Source: a virus (Duplodnaviria > Caudoviricetes). Taken from it: 64,000 bases of DNA. Made by a program: the position numbers and the translations under genes. Below are positions 1 through 8,925 of this stretch, one piece after another. The DNA is taken from IMG/VR virus record IMGVR_UViG_3300025730_000007, positions 21,195 to 85,194 of that record; one strand, given 5' to 3'. The notes under the pieces were generated by a model that saw nothing but the letters and a program-made list of their open reading frames with translations, searched no databases and was not told where the DNA came from. Position 1 is the stretch's first letter; every line of letters begins with the position of its first letter.

Positions 1-67
1 AGCTCAAAGCGGCCCATGACGCCCTCTTGGGGCCGGGGTTGCCTGAGTGGCACAAGGAGGGGGAGTA

Positions 68-280
68 ATGCCCCGCGAACCTGCAATCCACTACCGTTCA
101 ATCAGGCTCTACGTGAATGCCGGTATGGCGTTCCCCGAGTGCTACAGCAACGCACCGTTGCTCGACTTGGAGAAGTCCGCTCTACCGACTACTGGAGACA
201 TCAATCAGGTTACGTGCAAGAAGTGCATCGCATTGCACAGAAAGAGGTATCCATGGGCACGACAGAGAACGGCACCCTGA
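68..280 (+). CDS. hypothetical protein (Cys-containing)
   Basis: GGAGG-type RBS before ATG 68; 70-aa ORF with a CxxC near the C-terminus. Confidence 0.55.
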   Translation: MPREPAIHYRSIRLYVNAGMAFPECYSNAPLLDLEKSALPTTGDINQVTCKKCIALHRKRYPWARQRTAP

Positions 281-711
281 CCATCAGTGGTGAGGACACC
301 ACGCTCGGCGCTATCGAACAGTGGAGGGCGCAGAACAACGTCTCTGCCGTCTCCATCCAGTTCCGCGCGGGAACGTGGACCGTCACCATCAAAGACGGCC
401 CCGTGAACTACACCGCAATGAGCCCCAAGCTGGTCGGCGCGTGGAATGGTGCGGAGCACTCCTACGCAACGCGGGGCGAGGGCATGATGCGGGCGGAGTT
501 GGAGAAGGCATTGAAGCACCCCCGCAACGCCAACCGGCTCGGCCAACTCGTCGATACCATGCGAGCGCAAGGGTTGCTCTACATGGACATCGTGACACTC
601 GCGCAGGAGGTCGACCCGACTCTCACCTTGGCCGAGTGGGAGACACTCATGCAGGAAGCCGAAGCGGTCGACGAGGACGACATCGCGGAGTCAACCTACG
701 AGGTGCGGTGA
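253..711 (+). CDS. hypothetical protein
   Basis: ATG 253 within the 16..711 frame; phage-like codon usage; stop overlaps the next start. Confidence 0.6.
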   Translation: MGTTENGTLTISGEDTTLGAIEQWRAQNNVSAVSIQFRAGTWTVTIKDGPVNYTAMSPKLVGAWNGAEHSYATRGEGMMRAELEKALKHPRNANRLGQLVDTMRAQGLLYMDIVTLAQEVDPTLTLAEWETLMQEAEAVDEDDIAESTYEVR

Positions 712-917
712 TGGCACGCGTGTTGAAGCAATCGAAGACCGAGCGCCGGTTTGAGGTGCAACTCACACTCAAGGACATGGCCGAGTTGCTTGAGGGCGCG
801 TACGGTCGCGGCACCGTCGAGATTGACACCTATCCCGCCAAGGACGCGACGAACCTACGGTGGACCATGCTCGACGGCATACTGAGCATTGAGTGGGAAG
901 AAGTGGAGGAGACATGA
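711..917 (+). CDS. hypothetical protein
   Basis: TGATG coupling with the upstream stop; MARVLKQSKTERRF... Confidence 0.6.
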   Translation: MARVLKQSKTERRFEVQLTLKDMAELLEGAYGRGTVEIDTYPAKDATNLRWTMLDGILSIEWEEVEET

Positions 918-1129
918 AGCAGCCAGACACCATACCGCAAGCGGTCAGAGACTCCCTCGTCCGTTGGGCCAAGCAACACCCGAGCAAGGTGCGCGACACC
1001 ATCACTGGCGAGGAGAGCGTTCTCCCCATGCCCCCTAGCGTGGAGTGGGACGGGATGAACGGGTGTTACTACTTCATCCGCAATGGCATGTATCACGGCG
1101 TCGAACTCGACGGATACATTCACACCTGA
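914..1129 (+). CDS. hypothetical protein
   Basis: GGAGGAG RBS; ATGA overlap. Confidence 0.6.
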   Translation: MKQPDTIPQAVRDSLVRWAKQHPSKVRDTITGEESVLPMPPSVEWDGMNGCYYFIRNGMYHGVELDGYIHT

Positions 1130-1143
1130 AAGAACTGACTACC

Positions 1144-1476
1144 ATGCCGACTGACACCGAGAACACTGGCAACGAGAAGAAAGAACGTACTCAGCGCCTC
1201 ATCCTCTACACCCTCATCCGCCTCTGCACCGACCGCATCGTGGAGGCGGCGAGCCACGTAGCCTCCAACCCCGACAAGCCCGAGATGCTCAATCGCGCGG
1301 TCGAGGCAATCGACTACATCCAAGCGCTCATACCACGGCTCGACAAGGCAATGGGCCTCGACACTCCCTCCAAGCTCTACGACGTGCTCAAGCTCCTTGT
1401 GCAAGAGTTCGACTCCATCGAGGACGAGACACTCACCGACAAGGCAAGGCGTCATTACGGGTGGCCGAAGCCATGA
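1144..1476 (+). CDS. hypothetical alpha-helical protein
   Basis: ATG 1144; ORF fits the gene tiling. Confidence 0.6.
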   Translation: MPTDTENTGNEKKERTQRLILYTLIRLCTDRIVEAASHVASNPDKPEMLNRAVEAIDYIQALIPRLDKAMGLDTPSKLYDVLKLLVQEFDSIEDETLTDKARRHYGWPKP

Positions 1477-1670
1477 GCATCCAACTCAGCGAAGAGGAGT
1501 ACCGCTACCACGTAGACCAGCAAGACGGCTTCTGCACCGAGTGCCAGGAGATCACCCGCCTTGGTGACACCGAGCCGGATGCGCGAGAGTACCTCTGCCC
1601 CGATTGCCAGCAACTCACATGCATGGGCATGGAGGAAGCATTGCAGGAGGGCGAGGTCCAACTCATCTGA
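1473..1670 (+). CDS. small zinc-ribbon protein
   Basis: CTEC and CPDC pairs; ATGA overlap. Confidence 0.6.
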   Translation: MSIQLSEEEYRYHVDQQDGFCTECQEITRLGDTEPDAREYLCPDCQQLTCMGMEEALQEGEVQLI

Positions 1671-1745
1671 ACCCGCCCCTATCAGTTGCAATTCGCACAA
1701 CCCCCTTGCCCCCACCCCCCTCCGTGAGCCATACTGCTCAGTCCA

Positions 1746-2351
1746 ATGGCACGGACACCACACCACACTGACGACCAATTCCCCCCCACCTCCCCGGACG
1801 CGGATGAGGCAGAGCGCCGCTTCCGCGCACGTCCACCAGACCCCAACCTAGCGCGCAATCCCCACGTCATCAGCAAGCTCAACCGCACACTGGTCGTGGA
1901 GCGGATGATGCTCGACGGCGTAGCGGACCAAGTGGTCATTGATGTCGTCAGTCGCCAGTTCGATAAGGCCGAAGCCACCATCAAGGATGACATCAAGCAC
2001 ATACGCAGACGGTGGACTGAGGAGGATGACGAACAGAGGCGCACGTACAAGTCCAGCGCAATGCGCCGCATCCAAGGGCACATCAGCGAAGCACGCAAGG
2101 ACAGGGCATGGGGAGCAGTCTCCAGCCTTGAGCGGTTGCTTGCGCAGATACAAGGCACGCTGGAGCCCGTGCAAGTCAATGTGGAGTTCGTTGCCCGACA
2201 AGCCCTCGCGGACTACATCTCAAACCTCAGTGACGAGGAACTAGACGCGCTAGAGCTAGAGCAGAAGGAGCTTGAGCGAAAGGCTGCTATGTTCGAGCGC
2301 GGTATGGACCCTGACAGTGTATTCGACACTGAGGGCCACACCATTCAGTGA
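1746..2351 (+). CDS. putative terminase small subunit / HTH protein
   Basis: HTH-like segment (VIDVVSRQFDKAEATIKDDIKHIRRRW) followed by helical oligomerisation-like segments; first gene of the run that ends in the large terminase. Confidence 0.45.
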   Translation: MARTPHHTDDQFPPTSPDADEAERRFRARPPDPNLARNPHVISKLNRTLVVERMMLDGVADQVVIDVVSRQFDKAEATIKDDIKHIRRRWTEEDDEQRRTYKSSAMRRIQGHISEARKDRAWGAVSSLERLLAQIQGTLEPVQVNVEFVARQALADYISNLSDEELDALELEQKELERKAAMFERGMDPDSVFDTEGHTIQ

Positions 2352-2383
2352 CCGCAACACGTATTGCGGCCGGAGTGACACCT

Positions 2384-3274
2384 ATGCGCCGTCTTGTGAA
2401 CCAACCTGCGCTCAACCCTCCTTTCCCGTACTTCGGTAAGAAGGACAAGATTGCCTCACTGGTATGGGAGCGATTCGGAGAGGTCAAGCACTACATCGAG
2501 CCGTTCTTTGGCTCGGGGGCCGTGCTACTTGCCAATCCATCACCTCCCCCGTGGGAGACTATCAACGACCTAGATGGGTTCGTCTCTAACTTCTGGCGTG
2601 CAACGAAGTATGCCGCTGAGGAAGTTGCAGAGCACGCCGATTGGCCCGTAAGCGAGATTGACATGCATGCAAGGCATGAAGCTCTTGTACGCGCTAGAGC
2701 GTGGTTGACTAAGATGCTGATTGCTGACCCAGAGTGGTATGACGCGAAGATGGCGGGGTGGTGGGTGTGGGGTCAGTCTGTTTGGTTGGGAAGTGGATGG
2801 TGTGATGCTGTGAAGATTGGGAAGTCAACTTCCAGAAAGCGACCGCACTTGTCTGCTCGACAAGGCGTTATTGTTGAATCGAATCTAGCGTTGTTGTTGC
2901 ATCTAAAACAACGTCTGAAGCAAACTCGGGTATTGTGTGGTGAATGGTATAGGTTACTGACGGCATCTGCTCTTTATCGTGCATCACCAATAGGAGTGTT
3001 TCTCGACCCACCTTACGATAACACGCGTTCCCGATTGTACGCCGTAGATGATATGCAACTCTACAAGGACGTGGGTGATTGGTGTTTGGAGTATGGGGAT
3101 AAACCAACTATGCGGATATGTTTCGCTGGATACGAAGGTATGTTTGACCCGCCGAATAATTGGGAAACGGTGTGTTGGAAAGCACGCGGTGGAATGAAGA
3201 ATGGTGGTTCATACGTCAATGCGAATAAAACCAGGGAGCGACTTTGGTTTTCTCCTAATTGTCTGAAGCCATGA
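2384..3274 (+). CDS. D12-class (Dam-like) DNA adenine methyltransferase
   Basis: PFPYFGKK, YIEPFFGSGAV (SAM-binding), INDLD and catalytic FLDPPY motifs; GGAG RBS before ATG 2384. Confidence 0.85.
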   Translation: MRRLVNQPALNPPFPYFGKKDKIASLVWERFGEVKHYIEPFFGSGAVLLANPSPPPWETINDLDGFVSNFWRATKYAAEEVAEHADWPVSEIDMHARHEALVRARAWLTKMLIADPEWYDAKMAGWWVWGQSVWLGSGWCDAVKIGKSTSRKRPHLSARQGVIVESNLALLLHLKQRLKQTRVLCGEWYRLLTASALYRASPIGVFLDPPYDNTRSRLYAVDDMQLYKDVGDWCLEYGDKPTMRICFAGYEGMFDPPNNWETVCWKARGGMKNGGSYVNANKTRERLWFSPNCLKP

Positions 3275-3339
3275 ACGGCATAAGTGGGTTAGGAGGCTAA
3301 CCTCCCGGCTCACAATGGTGTGACCGTGGACGGCTCCGT

Positions 3340-3369
3340 TGGTATGGGAGCGATTCGGAGAGGTCAAGC
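3340..3369 (+). repeat. 30-bp exact copy of methyltransferase nt 2460..2489
   Basis: TGGTATGGGAGCGATTCGGAGAGGTCAAGC at both positions. Confidence 0.9.
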
Positions 3370-3386
3370 CTGGGCGGAGTGACACC

Positions 3387-3599
3387 ATGTTCAAGCTGAC
3401 ACGACTGATGACAACCTACAGGACAACCAAGGATCTCTTCAGCGGCGACCATTCTCTTAGGTTGGCGTGCGTCAATGGCACGGTCGAACTGACCAACATC
3501 GACAAGCCGATGTTCGAGCACAACCTGGAGCGTCGGTTCTACCGCGTTACCGTGGAGGAGATTCCGTTTGAGGAGTTCGACAAGGGTGGAGGTGAATGA
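3387..3599 (+). CDS. hypothetical protein
   Basis: GGAG RBS; MFKLTRL...; stop overlaps the next start. Confidence 0.55.
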   Translation: MFKLTRLMTTYRTTKDLFSGDHSLRLACVNGTVELTNIDKPMFEHNLERRFYRVTVEEIPFEEFDKGGGE

Positions 3600-3922
3600 T
3601 GGCACTGAAGGACATCGCTCAACGTTGCTGGCAGATAGCCGAAGCAAAGGGGTTCCACGAGGTCAACAACACCCCTCCCGCTTGGGTGGCAAACCTCCAC
3701 GGGGAGGTGAGCGAACTCTGGGAGGCATACCGCAACGGCAAGCTCGACGAGCCCTGCGACAAGGGCATACCGCTCACCAACGCAGAGGAGGAACTCGCAG
3801 ACATCGTGATTCGCGCGTTCGACACGGCGGGTCAGTTGGGCTTTGACATCGAGCGCGCCATCCTGGTCAAGCTCGAATACAACGCCTCGCGCCCCTACTT
3901 GCACGGAGGGAAGAAGGCATAA
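3596..3922 (+). CDS. MazG-like all-alpha NTP pyrophosphohydrolase
   Basis: LHGEVSELWEA ... EEELADIVIR acidic helices and KLEYNASRPYLHG tail. Confidence 0.8.
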   Translation: MMALKDIAQRCWQIAEAKGFHEVNNTPPAWVANLHGEVSELWEAYRNGKLDEPCDKGIPLTNAEEELADIVIRAFDTAGQLGFDIERAILVKLEYNASRPYLHGGKKA

Positions 3923-3936
3923 CCATGGAGGCCGGG

Positions 3937-4374
3937 ATGTTCACAGTCACGCGAGAGTATCAGTTCGACGCGGCGCATCGCTTGCCCTTGCACGAGGGCA
4001 AGTGCCGCAACCTACACGGACACCGATACACCGTAGTCGCCACCTTCCACTCCAACGCTCTCGACGACAAGGCAATGGTCATTGACTATGTCTCAATCGA
4101 CGAGATACTCAAAGCGGTGGTTGGCCCCTGCGACCACGCCACCCTGGTTGATGACACCGACCCCGCCTTGCTTGAGTTCGTCGAGAGCGAGGGCTCGCGC
4201 AAGGTGGTATTCACCGACCCGACTACCGCTGAGACACTCTCCAAGACCTTCTACAAGGCAATCCAAGCGCGACTGAGGGACAAGCGATTGACACCCATCC
4301 AAGGGGTCAACCTCATTCGCGTCGAGGTACGGGAGACGCCGCGCTCCGCCGCATTCTATGAGGGGCAACTCTGA
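3937..4374 (+). CDS. queD: 6-carboxytetrahydropterin synthase
   Basis: FDAAHRL, CRNLHGHRY, VIDY, DHATL and PTTAE motifs. Confidence 0.92.
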   Translation: MFTVTREYQFDAAHRLPLHEGKCRNLHGHRYTVVATFHSNALDDKAMVIDYVSIDEILKAVVGPCDHATLVDDTDPALLEFVESEGSRKVVFTDPTTAETLSKTFYKAIQARLRDKRLTPIQGVNLIRVEVRETPRSAAFYEGQL

Positions 4375-5090
4375 TGGGTGTCTATGCGGTGAAAGAGGTG
4401 TTCGGTTCCTTCCAGGGCGAGGGCTACCATGCCGGTCGCCCATGCGTGTTCGTGCGCTTCGCAGGGTGCGACGTCTGGGACGGCAAGGAGGAGAACCGTG
4501 CGGAGGCGGCGAGGGAGCGGGGTGGTTGCGCCCTCTACTGCGACACAGACTTCGTTGGCACTGACGGCCACAATGGCGGAAGGTACAAGGGGGTCGGCGC
4601 TCTGGTCGGTGTTGCTCAGTACGAGTGGGACCGATGCGCCATGGCAATCCCCGCTCATTGCCACTCCGCCGCAACACGTATTGCGGTGAGCCCCCGGAAG
4701 TACGTTGTCTTCACGGGCGGCGAGCCCACCTTGCAACTCGACGAGGAACTGATTGCCGCGTTCAAGCGTGAGGGGTGGGAGACGGCCATTGAGACGAACG
4801 GGAGCAACCACCTTCCCCCCGGCTTGGATTGGGTCACACTGAGCCCCAAGCCCCCCAAGCGCGTCGTGCTCACTCAGGCCAGCGAAGTCAAGTGCCTCTA
4901 CCCCGACGTGGTACGAAACCCGCTCGACTACGAGGCACTCGCCGCCAAGCGCTATGTCCAACCCATCGACAAGCGCACTCACTCCGAACTCGACGCCTTG
5001 CGATCCCTTGACACTTGCGTGCAATTCGCACTGAAGCACATCGGGTGGAAGGTATCACTCCAACTCCACAAGCTGATGGGGGTGCCATGA
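4374..5090 (+). CDS. queE: 7-carboxy-7-deazaguanine synthase (radical SAM)
   Basis: [38 protein letters not shown] and SLQLHK motifs. Confidence 0.92.
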   Translation: MGVYAVKEVFGSFQGEGYHAGRPCVFVRFAGCDVWDGKEENRAEAARERGGCALYCDTDFVGTDGHNGGRYKGVGALVGVAQYEWDRCAMAIPAHCHSAATRIAVSPRKYVVFTGGEPTLQLDEELIAAFKREGWETAIETNGSNHLPPGLDWVTLSPKPPKRVVLTQASEVKCLYPDVVRNPLDYEALAAKRYVQPIDKRTHSELDALRSLDTCVQFALKHIGWKVSLQLHKLMGVP

Positions 5091-5662
5091 GCATCGACCA
5101 CACTAGGGCACAACGCGCCGTCCGCGAACTCCTCATTGCCTTGGGCCAAGACCCCGAGCGCGAGGGACTGAGGGATACCCCTACGCGGGTCGCCAAGGCA
5201 TGGGCCGAGATGCTTAGTGGCGACGAGGGCAAGGCGGAGGACATACTCAAGCGCACGTTCGACGCTGATGGCTTCGACCAGATTGTGGCCCTCAGCGACA
5301 TCCCCTTCTACTCCACTTGCGAGCATCACCTGCTCCCCTTCCACGGCAAGGCTCATGTCGCGTATCTGCCTCAGAAGGGTGGGCGAGTGGTGGGACTGAG
5401 CAAGATGGCGCGATTGGTTCAGATGCACGCGCGTCGGCTTCAATTGCAGGAGCGCATGACTACCGACATCGCCAATGACTTGCAACGCCACCTTGACCCC
5501 CTCGGGGTGGCAGTCGTAGTTCAAGCCGGACACCTATGCATGCAAGCGAGGGGGGTGCAGAAGCCGGGGAGCGTGATGACGACCAGCGTGGTGCTCGGCG
5601 TCTTCCGCGAGGGCTCGGCCAAGGCTGAAGTGCTCAGAATGCTACTTGGAGGCCAGCAATGA
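5087..5662 (+). CDS. folE: GTP cyclohydrolase I
   Basis: [33 protein letters not shown] and HLCM motifs. Confidence 0.95.
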   Translation: MSIDHTRAQRAVRELLIALGQDPEREGLRDTPTRVAKAWAEMLSGDEGKAEDILKRTFDADGFDQIVALSDIPFYSTCEHHLLPFHGKAHVAYLPQKGGRVVGLSKMARLVQMHARRLQLQERMTTDIANDLQRHLDPLGVAVVVQAGHLCMQARGVQKPGSVMTTSVVLGVFREGSAKAEVLRMLLGGQQ

Positions 5663-6369
5663 TTGACACACCCAAAGAGACACGAGAGTCCACGGATGCC
5701 GTGGTGGTATTGAGCGGGGGCCAGGACAGCACGACATGCCTCTACCACGCTCGCCGCCGACACCCGCACATCCACGCTATCACCTTCGCGTACGGGCAAC
5801 GCCACCAGAGCGAGCTATCGGCCTCCAGGCTCATCGCCCGCATGGCCGGGGTGGCAACCCATAGGGTCGTGGACCTGAGCCCGTATGGAGCCCTTGTCGC
5901 CTCGGCATTGACCGACCCCAAGCTCCCCGTCGCCCCGGAGGGGGGAATGGGCAACCTACCCTCCACCTTCACCCCCGGTCGCAACCTCGTGTTCCTTACC
6001 ATCGCCGCGTCGTGGGCCGTGAGCATGGGGGCATGGGAGGTCTACACCGGAGTGTGTCAGACGGACTACAGCGGATATCCCGACTGCCGACTTGAGACGA
6101 TTGCCGCGTTGGAGGTGGCAATCAATCTCGGGTTGCCCGAGGGGCATGGCATCTGCTTCGACACGCCACTGATGCACATGACCAAGGCGGAGATGGTGAA
6201 GCTCGCCGCCTCCCTCGACGGTTGCATGGAGGCACTCGCGGAGAGTGTCACTTGCTACCACGGCAAGGTTCCGGGGTGCGGAGCTTGCCCCGCTTGCGTA
6301 CTGAGGGCCAAGGGGTTCGCGGAGGCAGGCATTGCGGACCCGGCTCAACCGCAACACGTATTGCGGTAG
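5659..6369 (+). CDS. queC: 7-cyano-7-deazaguanine synthase
   Basis: [28 protein letters not shown] and [12 protein letters not shown] motifs. Confidence 0.95.
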   Translation: MIDTPKETRESTDAVVVLSGGQDSTTCLYHARRRHPHIHAITFAYGQRHQSELSASRLIARMAGVATHRVVDLSPYGALVASALTDPKLPVAPEGGMGNLPSTFTPGRNLVFLTIAASWAVSMGAWEVYTGVCQTDYSGYPDCRLETIAALEVAINLGLPEGHGICFDTPLMHMTKAEMVKLAASLDGCMEALAESVTCYHGKVPGCGACPACVLRAKGFAEAGIADPAQPQHVLR

Positions 6370-6380
6370 AGGGCCGGCCC

Positions 6381-7265
6381 ATGCCTCGCATGTTCTTCGT
6401 GGTGCCCGACCAGGAGTGGGCCACTATCCCCCTCGTGGAGTTGAAGCGGCTCGGCTTGTTCGAGCAACCCAACCTCCTCGTCAGTTACTTCTACTTTCCC
6501 ACGCTCCAACACCTCAAGCGGCTCAAAGCCGCTCTGCCCCCCTACGCGGACCCCACATGGTTCCTCGACTCCGGGGCATTCAGTGCGTGGACAATGAAGT
6601 CGAACATACGCCTCAGTGACTACCTTGCATGGGTGAAGGGGGCATTCGACATCCTTGGGCGCGACCGCATCTACGCCTATGCGAACCTCGACGTGGTACG
6701 TAACCCGGCCCTCACCCGGCGCAACCAACGGGTCATCGAGCGTAGCGGCTTCCGTCCCCTACCCGTCATTCACAGCAACGCAAGCGAGGAGACGGTGGAG
6801 CAGGTTGTCGAGGACTATGACACCTTCGCTGTCGGTGGGTTGGTCGGTGGCGGGAGCAATAGCACGCACTATGAGGAGTTCCTTGCGGGGGTGTTCGACA
6901 AGGCGACTACCCGACACGGCATCCACACCGTCCACGGCTTCGGCGTCACCAGCTACCCCATCATGAGGCGCTTCCCCTTCAGTTCGGTGGACAGTAGCTC
7001 GTGGATGGCCGGCGCAAGGTGGGGCCGCTTCCGCCTCTTCGACCCTCGCACTTGCACGCATATCGAGGTCGATATGACCAGCAAGCGGGGGAGCTATGTG
7101 AAGGCGATTGAGTTGCTGAATGCGTGCTACCCCTACAGCATGAAGGAGTTGAAGGAACTGAGGCACGCACGAAGCCGTCAGTGGCGTGCCGCGATTGGCA
7201 CCTTGTCGATACTGAGCTACCGCTACATCGTAGAGCGAGTGAGGAGACACCAGAATGAAACGTGA
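6381..7265 (+). CDS. dpdA: TGT-fold deazaguanine DNA transglycosylase (DpdA-like)
   Basis: FLDSGAFS, YANLDV, PLPVIH, AVGGLVG, VHGFG and PFSSVDSSSW match the TGT-barrel motif order; directly follows queC. Confidence 0.75.
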   Translation: MPRMFFVVPDQEWATIPLVELKRLGLFEQPNLLVSYFYFPTLQHLKRLKAALPPYADPTWFLDSGAFSAWTMKSNIRLSDYLAWVKGAFDILGRDRIYAYANLDVVRNPALTRRNQRVIERSGFRPLPVIHSNASEETVEQVVEDYDTFAVGGLVGGGSNSTHYEEFLAGVFDKATTRHGIHTVHGFGVTSYPIMRRFPFSSVDSSSWMAGARWGRFRLFDPRTCTHIEVDMTSKRGSYVKAIELLNACYPYSMKELKELRHARSRQWRAAIGTLSILSYRYIVERVRRHQNET

Positions 7266-8136
7266 GATCGTGTTCAGTGCGGACGCCGGGTTGCTGTACG
7301 AGGATCGCTACGGGGGGTGGATTGCCACGCTCAAGGAAGCGGTCGAGGCACCGGAGGGGGCAAGGTACGTGAACCCCCCGTGGAGTTGGGTGCCGTTCCT
7401 GCTCTACCACGGAGTGGAGGTGCAGACCCCGCAAGTGTTCCACCCGACTGACGTGTTGATGACTGATGCCCATGGACTCTGGGAGAAGGCACGGGCGACA
7501 GGGCAGGAGCGCGAGCTTGTGGAGATGGCGAGCACGTTGCGCCCTGAACTGAGCGATTGCTTGTGGCAGGCGGATTGCGTATGGCGCATCCGTTGGCGCA
7601 ACCATACGCATCGGTCTGGCAATCAAGTCTTCATTACAACGAACAACGGCTCATTCCACCGACCCGAGGTGCTCAGTTACTTGGAGAACCTCCGTCGCTG
7701 GGAGGCCACCTTGCCGGGGTGTGAGCTTTGCGTGGTTGTGCCATGCGCCGCAGACAAGCCATACCCCGCTCCCATCCACAAGGCGGTTCGCAAGGTGATA
7801 CCGGCGGAGTGCCGGATGCTCATTGCGACTGGCGTGTTCGGCATTGTGGCCGAGCAGTTCTGGGCCAAGATGCCACACTATGACTCCGGCATCCCCTACC
7901 GTTGGCGAGTAATGACGCGCACGAAGGAGCACTTCAGTCTGGTGGAGTACGGCAAGGTCGTGGTCTACTCGGACTTCTACGCAGACGCCGTGAGGCTCGG
8001 ACTGACGGACATCGGGCAAGCGCACAAGGCGCGGTTCCCCGTGGCCGAGGCCGGGGCTCACACCTTGGGCGAAGCGGGGTATGCGGATCTCTTGAGCGAG
8101 CCCTTGCTCGCAGCGTTGAAGGAGGCATTCCAATGA
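7255..8136 (+). CDS. ArcS/DUF5591-like protein (archaeosine-synthase-like domain)
   Basis: VVVPCAADKPYPAPIH resembles the ArcS PCSxxKPYxxSxxH motif; followed by GVFGIV...YD; lies inside the deazaguanine cluster. Confidence 0.55.
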   Translation: MKREIVFSADAGLLYEDRYGGWIATLKEAVEAPEGARYVNPPWSWVPFLLYHGVEVQTPQVFHPTDVLMTDAHGLWEKARATGQERELVEMASTLRPELSDCLWQADCVWRIRWRNHTHRSGNQVFITTNNGSFHRPEVLSYLENLRRWEATLPGCELCVVVPCAADKPYPAPIHKAVRKVIPAECRMLIATGVFGIVAEQFWAKMPHYDSGIPYRWRVMTRTKEHFSLVEYGKVVVYSDFYADAVRLGLTDIGQAHKARFPVAEAGAHTLGEAGYADLLSEPLLAALKEAFQ

Positions 8137-8897
8137 GGCGACCAGTCACCACCCCGAAGCCGGCCCACAAGGGGGCCAAGGTGCCCTCGCGGCCCAAGGT
8201 CTACCCCGTTGCCTACGTGCCACCCTCAAGCCTCAAGGGGGCCGATTACAACCCCCGTAACATGGACCTTCCAGAGCTTCACCGACTGGCCCAGAACATT
8301 GCCGAGTTCGGGTTCTTGGATGCGGTGAGTGCGTGCAAGGAGGACAACGAGTTGCTCGGTGGGCACCAGAGGGTGAGGGCCGCATTGATGCTCCTCAGTG
8401 GTGAGTATGCCCCGCTCAACCCGGACGGCACTGCGATGCTCGGGTGGGAGCGCCCCGAGAAGATCCCGGCCATCTTCGTCGAGGGGCTGAGTGACCGACA
8501 ACGCAAGACGGTCAACCTGTCGCTCAATCGCATCAGCGGCAATTGGGACTACGACAAGGTGGTCAGTGTGGTGAAGGACTTGCACGCTCAAGCCATGGCC
8601 GACGTGGACGAAGCCATGAAGGACGTGGACCGTCAACTGAAGGCTATCGACGCGCTCGCGGCAACCGGCTTCAGTGCGGCGGAGATCACCGACTACCTCG
8701 ACATGAGCACTGACACGGAGCGGGGCCGGGGGCCGTTGCCGGCCAAGGGGGTTCCCAAGCTCACGCTGGAGTTCACGAGCAAGGAGACGCGCGACGCGTT
8801 CAAGTCATTCCTCAGCGCGGTAGTCGCGGAGGACGAGCCGAGCGGGGACAGCCTCGCAAAGCGTCTGGGCATCGTAGTGAAGCGCAAGGGTAACTGA
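8133..8897 (+). CDS. ParB/Srx N-terminal domain protein
   Basis: YNPR, IAEFGFLDAV, LGGHQRVRA and LNRISGNWD motifs. Confidence 0.8.
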   Translation: MRRPVTTPKPAHKGAKVPSRPKVYPVAYVPPSSLKGADYNPRNMDLPELHRLAQNIAEFGFLDAVSACKEDNELLGGHQRVRAALMLLSGEYAPLNPDGTAMLGWERPEKIPAIFVEGLSDRQRKTVNLSLNRISGNWDYDKVVSVVKDLHAQAMADVDEAMKDVDRQLKAIDALAATGFSAAEITDYLDMSTDTERGRGPLPAKGVPKLTLEFTSKETRDAFKSFLSAVVAEDEPSGDSLAKRLGIVVKRKGN

Positions 8898-8925
8898 CCG
8901 CAACACGTATTGCGGTGGAGTGGCA

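Noticed and set aside
3937-6369. que genes as auxiliary queuosine-tRNA biosynthesis
   Set aside because: No queF, queA or queG is visible, and a DpdA-like gene is coupled to queC, which favours DNA modification. This is not formally excluded.
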